A stretch of DNA of 64,000 nt, taken from positions 31,452-95,451 of the forward strand of contig DCWQ01000021.1 in NCBI GenBank assembly GCA_002328185.1. The letters run 5' to 3'. The position numbers and the translations under genes are program-made. The notes under the pieces are model-generated. The model ran no database searches and was not told the DNA's origin. It saw nothing but the letters and a program-made list of their open reading frames with translations. Below are positions 38,994-48,450 of this stretch, piece after piece; positions within the stretch are counted from its first letter, which is position 1, and each line of letters opens with the position of its first letter. The stretch is from Dehalococcoidia bacterium UBA2158 (GTDB lineage Bacteria > Chloroflexota > Dehalococcoidia > Lucifugimonadales > UBA3495).

Positions 38994-40322
38994 TTAATCG
39001 TCGTCGCCGGAGACGGTGCCGGCCAGGAATTCAGCCACGTCCTCGAGTCCTTGTTCCTTGAGCTGGTCGGCGGCGAATCCCTCGGCTATGGTGGTGTCCA
39101 TTTCTTTAGACAGGTGCTCGGCCTGTAGGTCTTTCAAGACACCGCGTCCTTCGATGGCAACCCTCTGCAGCAGCTTGCGCCACTGGATGATCTCAGCGTC
39201 GGTCCCCGATAGTTTTTCAGGTGTGTCGTAGCGCTGGGGCACCATGATCCTGGCGTCTTGATTGGAGAACTGGATGTTCATCACCCAGTTATGCCAGAGG
39301 AAAAAATGGACCCGCTCGTAGATGCGTCCCATCAGGCTGCCGGGACGGGTGGTGTGGTAGTACACGATTCGAGATGTGCCTTCGTCGATGGGCACGCACA
39401 TCCGGGTATACATGTGGGTGCGCAGGTCGGTGCGGAACATGCCGGGCAGATGGTGCCCCGGACCCCACAGGGGGTTGTCGGTGGTTGCCGACTTGCTGAG
39501 GCGCCGCTTGTTGGCCGGTATGAAGACCCAGTTCCAGAGCAGACGCCACTTGCCCTTGGGCCAGCGGCCCAGACCCTCGAAGCTGTCCTGGTACGGGAGC
39601 TTTCCCCTGAGGAGGCCGAAATACTCTTTGAAGCCCCAGGAACGGCGAGGATTCCCCGTCGTTGGCGAATCGCCCCAGATCACGTTGAAGCCGTTGCCCA
39701 CGAAGACCGGCCGGATTCGTGGGGAGCGACCGTAAGGGTCCAGAGGGCCGCGTCCGTACATCAGTATGGAATCCCTGTGCACGTAATACACATGGGAATC
39801 CATGGAGTTTTCCAGGGCCACTCGCCAGTCCACCGGCCAGTCGGCGATGCGGTAGAGAACCTGGCTCTTCTCTTCGAAGAACTCCTCGGGAACATCCTCT
39901 TCTATAGAGGCCGGTTCGCTTTCACCCATCCAGACGAAGACCATGCCCTTCAGAGTCTGGGTGGGGTATTTGCGGACCTGGACCTTGCCGGGGATACGGG
40001 AGTTGGGGCCCTCGCTGAGGACCGAGATACATTCGCCCGCGCCGTCGAAAACCCAACCATGGTAAGGACAGGCTACAGTGCCCTTGAAGTGGCAATCGCC
40101 CTGGGCCAGGCTGGCGCCACGGTGGGGGCAAACGTCCCAGAGGGCTGCCACGTCGCCATTCTCATCACGGAAGAAGCACAGTTCCTCGCCCAGCATCCGG
40201 AGGCGCACCGGCTTCTTGCCGACCTTGCTGTCCAGGAGGGCCGGGTACCAGAACTCGCGGAGTCCCGAGGCCGGGGCCAATTCCCTGCGGTCAAGGTCTG
40301 TCCGTTTAGCTTCTGACACCAT
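38994..40322 (-). CDS. Rieske oxygenase, alpha3 type (CarAa/OxoO/VanA-like)
   Basis: WYPAL, CPHRG..CPYHGW, ENSMDSHVYYVH, FSNQD. Confidence 0.88.
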   Translation of the reverse strand: MVSEAKRTDLDRRELAPASGLREFWYPALLDSKVGKKPVRLRMLGEELCFFRDENGDVAALWDVCPHRGASLAQGDCHFKGTVACPYHGWVFDGAGECISVLSEGPNSRIPGKVQVRKYPTQTLKGMVFVWMGESEPASIEEDVPEEFFEEKSQVLYRIADWPVDWRVALENSMDSHVYYVHRDSILMYGRGPLDPYGRSPRIRPVFVGNGFNVIWGDSPTTGNPRRSWGFKEYFGLLRGKLPYQDSFEGLGRWPKGKWRLLWNWVFIPANKRRLSKSATTDNPLWGPGHHLPGMFRTDLRTHMYTRMCVPIDEGTSRIVYYHTTRPGSLMGRIYERVHFFLWHNWVMNIQFSNQDARIMVPQRYDTPEKLSGTDAEIIQWRKLLQRVAIEGRGVLKDLQAEHLSKEMDTTIAEGFAADQLKEQGLEDVAEFLAGTVSGDDD

Positions 40323-40356
40323 AATCAGTTCCTCTTTAATATAACCGGTTCGTCCC

Positions 40357-41418
40357 TCAGGGCTTCATCAACGCCAGGCACTTGCTGGAGTTGAAGACGT
40401 AAGTCTGTAAGAATTCGACGATCTCCGGCTTGCGGTCCAGCTCTTGCATGGCTCCAGCTAGGCACATCCAGTTCAGCAATTCTTGCTGGCCGGCGTCCTC
40501 GATCTGGGCGTTGGAGATGCCGCGCCAGGCCTCGTAGTTCCCGGCTTTCAACTCCTCGAACCGGGCCATGTCCGACTCAACGTCGCAGTACAGCCACCAG
40601 TTCTTGGGTGTAAGGAAGGCATGGGACCAACTGGACGATGCGATCAACGCCACCCGCCAAGGGCTGGCCTGGAGCGCTCTGGCCGTGGCCGCGCCGAGCT
40701 CCATGCACCGCTTGGGTGAGGGGCCGGGCGGGTCCATGGCCATGTCCACGCCGTTGATCTGCTGGGTGTAGGGCCCGCCTTGGTTGCGGATGATGTTGCT
40801 GCCATAGCAGTTCACCGAGAAAGGAATCACCGGGTAGTCGAAGCCCTTCCGGTCGTAGTCCAGGTAGAGCAGGGTGTTCACGAACGCGTGGCCCAGTCCC
40901 TCTTGATGGAGAGGCTTGTAGGAGTAGGCGATGTCGAATCCGTCTTCCAAAAGGGCGGTGACCAGGTAGCGGCTGGACTCGTGACCCTTGTACCGAAAGA
41001 TCTTGTTGGCCGGCTCGTCCCAAACGTTGGGGCGTTGGCCTCCGTCCCGGCCAGCCATAGGCTGGCACTCGAATTCATCGTAGGCCATGACGCAGAAGGC
41101 GGGGATGATGTCTTCTTTGAAGTTCTCGTACTGGTCGTCGCCCCAGACCAACACCACGTCGGGCTTGAAGGAGTCAATCTCGGCCCGCAGTTTGCGGAAC
41201 CCATCGACCAGCTTGCCCCGTGCGATCTTGGCCGAGGTATAACCCTCGTCGTCGCCCCATTCTTTTCGCATGTCCTCGGGCCAGGACTCTGGGTTTTTCT
41301 GCTCAGTCGGGATGCGGTCGTTGCTGCGCAGGGCCCTGGTCAGGGAGTAGTTCTTCAGCTCATCGGGGGCTATGAGGGAGGGGGAGTGAGTTAGGCCGAC
41401 ACCTAGTATCTCTGCCAT
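40357..41418 (-). CDS. LigB-family extradiol dioxygenase (DesZ-like)
   Basis: THSP, WGDDQYENF, GHAF, PSPKRCMELG, SSSWSH, QELLNW. Confidence 0.8.
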   Translation of the reverse strand: MAEILGVGLTHSPSLIAPDELKNYSLTRALRSNDRIPTEQKNPESWPEDMRKEWGDDEGYTSAKIARGKLVDGFRKLRAEIDSFKPDVVLVWGDDQYENFKEDIIPAFCVMAYDEFECQPMAGRDGGQRPNVWDEPANKIFRYKGHESSRYLVTALLEDGFDIAYSYKPLHQEGLGHAFVNTLLYLDYDRKGFDYPVIPFSVNCYGSNIIRNQGGPYTQQINGVDMAMDPPGPSPKRCMELGAATARALQASPWRVALIASSSWSHAFLTPKNWWLYCDVESDMARFEELKAGNYEAWRGISNAQIEDAGQQELLNWMCLAGAMQELDRKPEIVEFLQTYVFNSSKCLALMKP

Positions 41419-41479
41419 TTGGTTGCTCCGGTGGTGGTTTGGTTTTCTATCAAGGATGACTTGGGCAGGTGTAGGGGTG

Positions 41480-41520
41480 CCCCTATCCTAACCTTCCCCC
41501 GTCGCAACGGGGGAAGGGAC
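41480..41520. repeat. REP-like palindrome
   Basis: ccttcccccgtcgcaacgggggaagg, as at 13524. Confidence 0.7.
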
Positions 41521-41546
41521 GATTATTTATTTCGCTGGTGAATTCC

Positions 41547-42611
41547 TTAGGGACTGAACAGGGCCAGGCATTTGTTGGAGTTGAATACGTAAGTCTCCAC
41601 GTAGTCCAGTATCTCCGGTTTGCGGCCCATCTCCTCCATGGCTCCGGCCAGACACATCCAGTTCAGCAGCTCTTGCTGTCCGGCATCTTCGATCTGGTCA
41701 GTGGAGATGCGTCTCCAGGAATCATAGTCCCCGTCTTTCAGTTCCTCGAAGCGGGCGCGGTCTGACTCAACGTCGGGCCACAGCCAGTGGTTCTTGGGGG
41801 TCAAGAAAGCGTGGGACCAACTGGAGGAACCGACCAACGCGACACGGTAGGGGCTGTCCTTGAACACTCTGGCGGTGGCGGCGCCTATCTCCATGCAGCG
41901 CTTGGGCGACGGACCGGGTGGGTCGAAGGGCAAGTCAACGCCGTTCTTTTTCTGGGTGATGGCGCCACCGCGGTTGCGGATAACGCTGCTGCCGTAGCAG
42001 TTCACCGAGAAGGGCAGGACAGGGTAGTCGAACCCCTTGCGGTCATAGTCCAAGAACAGCAAGGTGTTCAGGAAAGCGTGGCCGAGGCCGTTCTCGTGGA
42101 GCTTCTGGTAAGCATAGGCCACGTCGAAGCCCTGATTGATCAGTCCGGTGGTCAATGCTCTGCCGGCCTCAGGCGCACCCTTGTATACGAAGGACTTCTC
42201 CTGGGGCTCGTCCCACACGTTCCGGCGGTAGCTGCCGTCCCGGTTGTTGTAGGGCTGGCCTTCAAATTCGTCGTAAGCCAAGATGCAGAAAGGTGGGATG
42301 ATGTCTTCTTTGAAGTTCTCGTATTGGTCGTCGCCCCAAATCAGGACGATGTCGGGTTTGAAGTCGTCGATAGCGGACCGTACTTCCCGGAACCCTTTGA
42401 CCAGCCGCTCCCGGTGTTCGGCGGCCGACTTCAGGCCCTCATCCTCGCCGTATTCGATGCGCATGGGCTCGGGCCAGTTGGTGGGGAGCTTCATCTCTTC
42501 GGGGACTTTGTCGTTGTGCTTCAGTGTGCGTGTCAGGGGGAATCCCCGGTCTTCGTCTGGAGTGATCAGCGGCGGGTAATGAGTGGTGCCGGCTCCTAAT
42601 ATCTCGCCCAT
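41547..42611 (-). CDS. LigB-family extradiol dioxygenase (DesZ-like), tandem paralogue
   Basis: THYP, WGDDQYENF, GHAF, SSSWSH, QELLNW. Confidence 0.8.
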   Translation of the reverse strand: MGEILGAGTTHYPPLITPDEDRGFPLTRTLKHNDKVPEEMKLPTNWPEPMRIEYGEDEGLKSAAEHRERLVKGFREVRSAIDDFKPDIVLIWGDDQYENFKEDIIPPFCILAYDEFEGQPYNNRDGSYRRNVWDEPQEKSFVYKGAPEAGRALTTGLINQGFDVAYAYQKLHENGLGHAFLNTLLFLDYDRKGFDYPVLPFSVNCYGSSVIRNRGGAITQKKNGVDLPFDPPGPSPKRCMEIGAATARVFKDSPYRVALVGSSSWSHAFLTPKNHWLWPDVESDRARFEELKDGDYDSWRRISTDQIEDAGQQELLNWMCLAGAMEEMGRKPEILDYVETYVFNSNKCLALFSP

Positions 42612-42674
42612 GGTCGTCCTCCTGATGACCGTTTAAAGGTCATCTTTTGATTTTGAGTATCGGGATTTCGTTTG

Positions 42675-42703
42675 GTTGTAACAGAGGGGTTTGGTAGTGT
42701 CAA
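42675..42703 (-). promoter_or_regulatory. Putative sigma70 promoter for the dioxygenase operon
   Basis: TTGACA-17 bp-TACAAC with TGn extension on minus strand. Confidence 0.55.
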
Positions 42704-42840
42704 GAAACTTGGGGTCGAGATACACAGCAAACGGCGTCGATTTCGGTTTCGGCGACGAATTCACGCTAAACGCGATTGGTTGTCTGCTGGGGTGAGCCCG
42801 TTGATAATACCGTCTTGAATTGACTAACCAGTGAGGAAAG

Positions 42841-43695
42841 ATGGGAGCGATAGAAGATTATTCGGCCCTGATCGACGCCGTGGAATCCCAAAGAGAGCGG
42901 CTGCAGGGCCCGGCAACCGAAGATTTTTGGGGCGGGTCCAACGCCAAACGCTTCAGGGCTGACCCGAAACGGGGGATGGAAGACAATTTCCAGATACTGG
43001 CTTCATTCGTGAGGCCAGACGATGTATTTGTCGATGTGGGTGGTGGGGCCGGCAGACTGGGTCTTCCCATGTCGCTACGCTGCCGAGAGGTCATCAACGT
43101 AGAACCATCTGCGGGGATGTGCCAGGAGTGCCAGGAATTAGCCACCGAATTCGGAATGGCCAACACTTCCTCCGTTCTGTCTGATTGGGTAGAAGCCCAT
43201 GGGGTGGAAGGCGACGTGGTCCACGCCGCGAACGTGACCTATTTCGTTCGCGAAATTGGCCCGTTCATCGCCAAAATGGAAGCTGCAGCCAGGCGGCGGG
43301 TGATCATCGCCATATATAGCGTGCCCAACCCGATGCACAACGCCACGTTGTTCAAGATGGTCTACGGCGAAGAGCAGGCGACAATCCCCGGCCATACCCA
43401 ATTGCTGCCGGCGCTGTGGGAGATGGGCATACTCCCCGACGTCCGGTTCCTCCCCCGTGGGACTCACTTCGACGGCGTGGAGCAACTTCCTACCTTTCCG
43501 CAAACAAAAGAAAACGCCGTTGAGATGGCGCTGGCAGGAATCTGGCTGGCGCCACATCACAGAGACCGGGGTGAGGTGGTGGTGCGGGAGCAATTCGACA
43601 GCCTATACGAAGAGTCCGATGAGGGTTTCATCCCCGTCTGGCTGCCCGACGCTCAGCAGGTGCTGATCACCTGGGAGACCGGGAAAACCGTTTAG
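42841..43695 (+). CDS. SAM-dependent methyltransferase-fold protein
   Basis: VDVGGGAGR, VEPSAGM. Confidence 0.8.
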   Translation: MGAIEDYSALIDAVESQRERLQGPATEDFWGGSNAKRFRADPKRGMEDNFQILASFVRPDDVFVDVGGGAGRLGLPMSLRCREVINVEPSAGMCQECQELATEFGMANTSSVLSDWVEAHGVEGDVVHAANVTYFVREIGPFIAKMEAAARRRVIIAIYSVPNPMHNATLFKMVYGEEQATIPGHTQLLPALWEMGILPDVRFLPRGTHFDGVEQLPTFPQTKENAVEMALAGIWLAPHHRDRGEVVVREQFDSLYEESDEGFIPVWLPDAQQVLITWETGKTV

Positions 43696-43809
43696 CGCGA
43701 CCTTGTTACCCGGCCCGCCAGCAGGGATAATGACACCCGTAGCTTAGTCGACATAAGATCGAACAAACCGGAGCGCGGGCTCTTAAAGAATCATCAAGCG
43801 AAGCGAGGT

Positions 43810-44631
43810 ATGGATATGGACTGGGGAATGGCAAACCGAATGGCGCGGTTGATTCAACCCGACGGCCATTGCATGTTCTTGCCCATCGATCATGGGTATT
43901 TCCAGGGACCGACCCGGATGCTGGAACAACCGGGCGAGACCATCAAACCTCTGCTTCCATATTCTGACGCCCTATTCGTGACGCGAGGCGTATTGCGGGC
44001 GGTGGTCGACACGGCCCTAGACAAGCCGGTGATCCTGCGGATGTCTGGCGGCACCAGCATGGTGGGCGCCGACCTGGCCGATGAGGGAATCACCACTTCT
44101 ATGGAAGATGCCGTTCGCCTGAACGTGGCGGCGGTGGGAATCTCAGTCTTCATCGGCACCGAGTTTGAGAAGCAGTCCCTGCTGAACCTGGGCAAGCTGG
44201 TGGACGAGGGCGAGAAATACGGCATCCCGGTGATGGCCGTGACCGCCGTGGGCAAAGAACTGGAGAAGCGCGACGCCCGCTACCTGGCCCTATGCACCCG
44301 CATCTGCGCCGAATTGGGCGCCAAAGTGGTCAAGACCTACTGGTGCGAGGAGTTCGACAAGGTTGTATACGGATGCCCGGTGCCCGTGGTCATGGCTGGT
44401 GGCCCCCAGGCCGATACCGAGCGGGAGGTCATGGAGTTCGTCAAAGACGGCATGGAGAACGGCTCCATCGGCATCAACCTGGGTCGGAACATCTGGCAGA
44501 GCGAACACCCGGTGCCTATGATTCAATCACTGCGCCACATCGTCCATGAGAATGGCTCGATCGCGGAAGCCCAAGAGATCTTCGATAGCGTCAAGGCTGG
44601 CAACGGCCGGGTCGCGTCGGTGCCGGCATAA
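43810..44631 (+). CDS. lsrF: LsrF-type thiolase / class I aldolase
   Basis: MDWGMANR, DHGYFQGPT, MAVTAVGKE, VKTY, GRNIWQ. Confidence 0.88.
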   Translation: MDMDWGMANRMARLIQPDGHCMFLPIDHGYFQGPTRMLEQPGETIKPLLPYSDALFVTRGVLRAVVDTALDKPVILRMSGGTSMVGADLADEGITTSMEDAVRLNVAAVGISVFIGTEFEKQSLLNLGKLVDEGEKYGIPVMAVTAVGKELEKRDARYLALCTRICAELGAKVVKTYWCEEFDKVVYGCPVPVVMAGGPQADTEREVMEFVKDGMENGSIGINLGRNIWQSEHPVPMIQSLRHIVHENGSIAEAQEIFDSVKAGNGRVASVPA

Positions 44632-44638
44632 TTCCACC

Positions 44639-44711
44639 CCGCTCATCCTGAGCCTGTCGAAGGGCCCTGACTTCGGCGCGTCCATGGTTCGACGGAGCCC
44701 ACCACGAACGG
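44639..44711. repeat. REP-like inverted pair
   Basis: gctcatcctgagcctgtcgaaggg ... tggttcgacggagcccaccacgaacgg. Confidence 0.75.
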
Positions 44712-44771
44712 TGGGAGTAAAGCAAATTACGACGCTAACAACGCCAATTACGATTAGGAAGTAAAACCAAC

Positions 44772-45800
44772 ATGCGTGTCGCCATGTATTACAACAACCA
44801 CGACGTGCGCGTGGAGGAGATGCCGGTGCCGGAGATCGGGCCCGGCGAATTGCTGGTCAAGGTGGAGGCCAGCGGCATCTGTGGAAGCGACGTCATGGAG
44901 TGGTACCGCATCCAGAGGGCTCCCATGGTCCTAGGCCACGAAGTAGCGGGGACCGTCGTCCAGGCGCGGTCGGGTGTGAGCCGGTTCAAAGAGGGCGACA
45001 ACATGATCGTCACTCACCACGTCCCCTGCAACGCCTGCCATTACTGCCTCAGTGGCCATCACACCGTCTGCGACACTCTTAGGGAGACAACCTTCGAGCC
45101 CGGCGGCTTTTCCGAGTACCTGCGGGTACCGGCCATAAACGTGGACCGAGGCGTGTTCACCATGCCCGACGGTCTTTCCTTCGATGAAGCGTCTTTCGCC
45201 GAGCCGTTGGCCTGTGTCTACCGGGGCCAACGCCGGGCCAATATCCAGCCGGGACAGAGCGTGATTGTGCTGGGCAGTGGACTGGCAGGCCTTCTGCACA
45301 TCAACCTGGCCCGAGCCCTGGGAGCAGGCCGGATCACCGCTACCGACATGGTCCCCTCCCGCCTGGAGGCCGCCAAGAACTTGGGTGCTGACCACACTTT
45401 CTTGGCCACCGACGACGTTCCTGCGCGTTTGCGCGAGGTCAATGAAGGCCGCTTGGCCGACCTGGTCATCGTCTGCACCGGCGCCCCTCCGGCGCTGCAG
45501 CAGGGGTTGGACTCGGTGGACCGCGGCGGCACGGTTTTGTTCTTCGCCCCCACCGAGCCTGGGGTAAACATCACAGTGCCGGTGAACGAACTTTTCTTCC
45601 GGAACGACGCCACCCTGACCACGACCTACGCCGGCGCCCCCAGCGATTTGTCTACGGCGCTGGAGATGATCGGGTCAGGCCGGGTGCAGGTGGACCAGAT
45701 GATCAGCCACCGGTTGGGACTGGACGAGGCGGGCTTGGGCTTCGAACTCACTGCCGAAGCCAAGTCGTCACTAAAAGTGATCATCCAGCCGCACCTGTAA
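44772..45800 (+). CDS. Zinc-dependent (MDR) dehydrogenase, sorbitol/threonine DH-like
   Basis: GICGSD, GHE, CNACHYC..C, EPLAC. Confidence 0.9.
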   Translation: MRVAMYYNNHDVRVEEMPVPEIGPGELLVKVEASGICGSDVMEWYRIQRAPMVLGHEVAGTVVQARSGVSRFKEGDNMIVTHHVPCNACHYCLSGHHTVCDTLRETTFEPGGFSEYLRVPAINVDRGVFTMPDGLSFDEASFAEPLACVYRGQRRANIQPGQSVIVLGSGLAGLLHINLARALGAGRITATDMVPSRLEAAKNLGADHTFLATDDVPARLREVNEGRLADLVIVCTGAPPALQQGLDSVDRGGTVLFFAPTEPGVNITVPVNELFFRNDATLTTTYAGAPSDLSTALEMIGSGRVQVDQMISHRLGLDEAGLGFELTAEAKSSLKVIIQPHL

Positions 45801-45962
45801 GGAATGCGACTTCTTTTGCCTTGTCTGCTTCGAGAGGCGCGGCATGAATACTGTCATTCCGAGGCGTCAGCTGGAGAATCTAGTTGCCAAATAGAGGCGT
45901 AGATAGAGCGGCCGTGCAGGCCATAGTACTTTTGGGGCAACGCTCCTTCGCTGGGTAAACTT

Positions 45963-46454
45963 ATGGCAGAGATTTTCCCCAAATCCCGCAAGGCAAAAGC
46001 CCGTCCAACCGGTAGCTATGCCCTGGTGCTGCGCCTGCCTTCCCATCGGAAGATTCGCGTTGGCAAGTTGGGGTTGGTGGATTTTCCCCGGGGCCACTAC
46101 ATCTACTTCGGAAGCGCGTTGGGCGGACTGAAGGCGCGGGTTGACCGGCACCTGCGCAGCGACAAGAAATTCCACTGGCACGCCGATTACCTCAGCGCGG
46201 AAGTACCCTGGGAATACGCCTGGCAGTTGGCGGATGGAGAGCGTTGGGAGTGCGTCTGGGCTACCGCAGCCGATTCTACCGACGGCGTGGCATCTCCTGT
46301 GGCAGGGTTTGGTTCGTCTGACTGCAAGTGCCCTTCGCACCTTGTGCGGGTAAACAACGCCAAACAGGTTCGGGAGTTGTTGCGCAGCCTTTCTCCGGCC
46401 CCGCGGCGCAGGGTGAACAAGCGATTGAAGCTCGAACCAAATCCCGTTTCTTGA
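45963..46454 (+). CDS. GIY-YIG nuclease, DUF123 family
   Basis: GSYAL, YIYFGSA, RVDRH, HWHADYL, GFGSSDCKCPSHL. Confidence 0.88.
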   Translation: MAEIFPKSRKAKARPTGSYALVLRLPSHRKIRVGKLGLVDFPRGHYIYFGSALGGLKARVDRHLRSDKKFHWHADYLSAEVPWEYAWQLADGERWECVWATAADSTDGVASPVAGFGSSDCKCPSHLVRVNNAKQVRELLRSLSPAPRRRVNKRLKLEPNPVS

Positions 46455-46588
46455 CGGCTACCCACGGGTCTGTACTATCATGACGCCGTTATACCCCGGC
46501 ATTACCGATTTACAACATCTGAACGTCGGATCATCTGAAGGACGAAGAGCGCAGGTTGCTTTGACCGCGCCATATACGGGAGGCAGTA

Positions 46589-47632
46589 ATGGAATTTGGG
46601 ATATTTCTGGAGTTCCCCGTTCGGGAAGGTGGGACGGAAAAGGAGGCCTTCGACGACTCTTTTGTCCTGATCAACGAGGCTGAAAAATTGGGAGTGGACT
46701 CCCTCTGGTTGGCCGAGTACCACTTCAACCCAGGACGGGTGATGGCCTCGCCGATCACCATCTTTGGGAACGTCGCCGCCCGCACAGAACGTATCAGGCT
46801 TGGCACCGGCGTGATCTGTCTTCCGTTGGCCAATCCGCTACGAGTGGCTGAAGAGATCGCAACACTTGACCTGGTCAGCGGTGGCCGAGTGGAATTCGGT
46901 ATCGGAAGGGGTACTTTCCCCAACGTCCACGAAGGTTTCAACTCCCCCTTTGAAGAAAGCCGGGCCCGGTTCGATGAAAGTTTGGAGATTATCCTCAAGG
47001 CGTGGACCAGTGAAACATTCTCCTTTTCCGGAGAGTTCTACAACTTTGACGATGTCACAGTAACCCCCAAACCTTATCAGCAGCCCCATCCTCCGATCTG
47101 GGTGGGCGTCACATCCGTGGACAGTTTCGCGGTCACCGGCCGCATGGGATACGATATCTCAATCAACCCTTCTCGAGTGTTTACACTGGCCGGGTTGAAG
47201 CCGCAGATAGAGGAATACCACAAGGCGTGGAAAGATGCCGGGCATCATGGAAAAGGCCGGGTGACGCTACGGATACCGGTTTATCTTTCAGAGGACCCAC
47301 AGAAGGCCTACGACGAACCGATGGAAAGCGCTATGTTCTCTGTGGGGCGCCTTTCTGACCGGACCGCCAAGTACGCCGGATATGAAGGCACCACCGGAAA
47401 CTGGGGTAAAGAGGCTGAGGTGGTAAAGAATATGTCCTATGACGATTGGTTCAAGGACAAAGTGGCCTACGGGACCCCCGAATCCGTGGTTGATAAACTG
47501 CAGGGTTTGTCCGAAGAATTGGGGTTGGACCAGATCATGTTCGAGGTTAATTTTGGCAACTTGCTCCCCCTGGAAAACCAGTTGAAAAGCTTGCGCCTGA
47601 TGATGGAAAAAGTGGCTCCAAACCTGGAGTAG
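46589..47632 (+). CDS. Luciferase-like (LLM) flavin monooxygenase
   Basis: WLAEYHF, RIRLGTG, LDLVSGGRVEFGIGRG, PKPYQQPHPP. Confidence 0.93.
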   Translation: MEFGIFLEFPVREGGTEKEAFDDSFVLINEAEKLGVDSLWLAEYHFNPGRVMASPITIFGNVAARTERIRLGTGVICLPLANPLRVAEEIATLDLVSGGRVEFGIGRGTFPNVHEGFNSPFEESRARFDESLEIILKAWTSETFSFSGEFYNFDDVTVTPKPYQQPHPPIWVGVTSVDSFAVTGRMGYDISINPSRVFTLAGLKPQIEEYHKAWKDAGHHGKGRVTLRIPVYLSEDPQKAYDEPMESAMFSVGRLSDRTAKYAGYEGTTGNWGKEAEVVKNMSYDDWFKDKVAYGTPESVVDKLQGLSEELGLDQIMFEVNFGNLLPLENQLKSLRLMMEKVAPNLE

Positions 47633-47650
47633 ATGAGGGGTTAGATAGCT

Positions 47651-47890
47651 ATGAGTTTTGACGATTACGAAGCCGGGTCAAAGGTTGAAGCAGTCGCTAC
47701 CTTCGAGGTCCAGATGGGCATGGGCGCCCCGACCGGCGCTGGGACGTTCAACGTCGAGGCCGGGGACACGGGAGAGGTCACCATCAAGCGCAAGGCCGGC
47801 AAGCTTCAGTGGCTGGTGATCAAGTGGGACCGGCTGGGGCGCACATTCAACCTCAACGCGGACCAATTCGACCTGATCAAGCCCGGATAA
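47651..47890 (+). CDS. Small hypothetical protein, SH3-like beta barrel
   Basis: GSKVEA...GDTGEV...VIKWD pattern. Confidence 0.7.
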   Translation: MSFDDYEAGSKVEAVATFEVQMGMGAPTGAGTFNVEAGDTGEVTIKRKAGKLQWLVIKWDRLGRTFNLNADQFDLIKPG

Positions 47891-48054
47891 ACCCCGCGGG
47901 CGAATAAAGAGGCCGTCGGGACATTATCAAATTATTTCGTTATGTGCTAATATCCGGTCATTAAAAGATTGAACGGCACAGCGTCCGGGGATACCCCCAA
48001 ACTGGCCGGTTGAAGATATCCGGGTCACATTCGCCCTGCGCGGAGAGATCGGAT

Positions 48055-48312
48055 ATGAGCTGCAGTGAATTTGAGGTTGGGTCAAGAGTTGAAGCGGTAA
48101 CGGACTTCGAGATTGAAGAAGCCCTTGCCAGGCGAGACAAGTGGGTCCACAAGATCGAGACTGGGGACTCCGGGGAAATACTGAGAAAATTGGCGTTGGG
48201 GAAGCACCACTCGATGATTGTCCGTTGGGACAAGATCCCCCAGAGCCGCCTGAGCATTGACGGCGATCTTTTCGAGAACGTGAAGGTCTCCAACTCCGAA
48301 GCCCCAGCTTAG
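48055..48312 (+). CDS. Small hypothetical protein, paralogue of 47651-47890
   Basis: GSRVEA...GDSGEI...IVRWD; GGAG RBS before ATG 48055. Confidence 0.7.
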   Translation: MSCSEFEVGSRVEAVTDFEIEEALARRDKWVHKIETGDSGEILRKLALGKHHSMIVRWDKIPQSRLSIDGDLFENVKVSNSEAPA

Positions 48313-48450
48313 CGGCGCAACACCCACCGTAACGGCTTGATAACAGCGTCTGACAAAAATCGAGGGAGCCAGCCCTTTTGTGCTAATATCGCCCCAACTA
48401 TATCAGTTCCACATAGCCTTAAGCTAAATCTTAAAGAGGTGTTCTAGGAA

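Noticed and set aside
45963-46454. GIY-YIG gene as homing endonuclease or REP mobiliser
   Set aside because: Motifs fit the DUF123 repair-type family; there is no intron or element boundary and only a partial palindrome nearby
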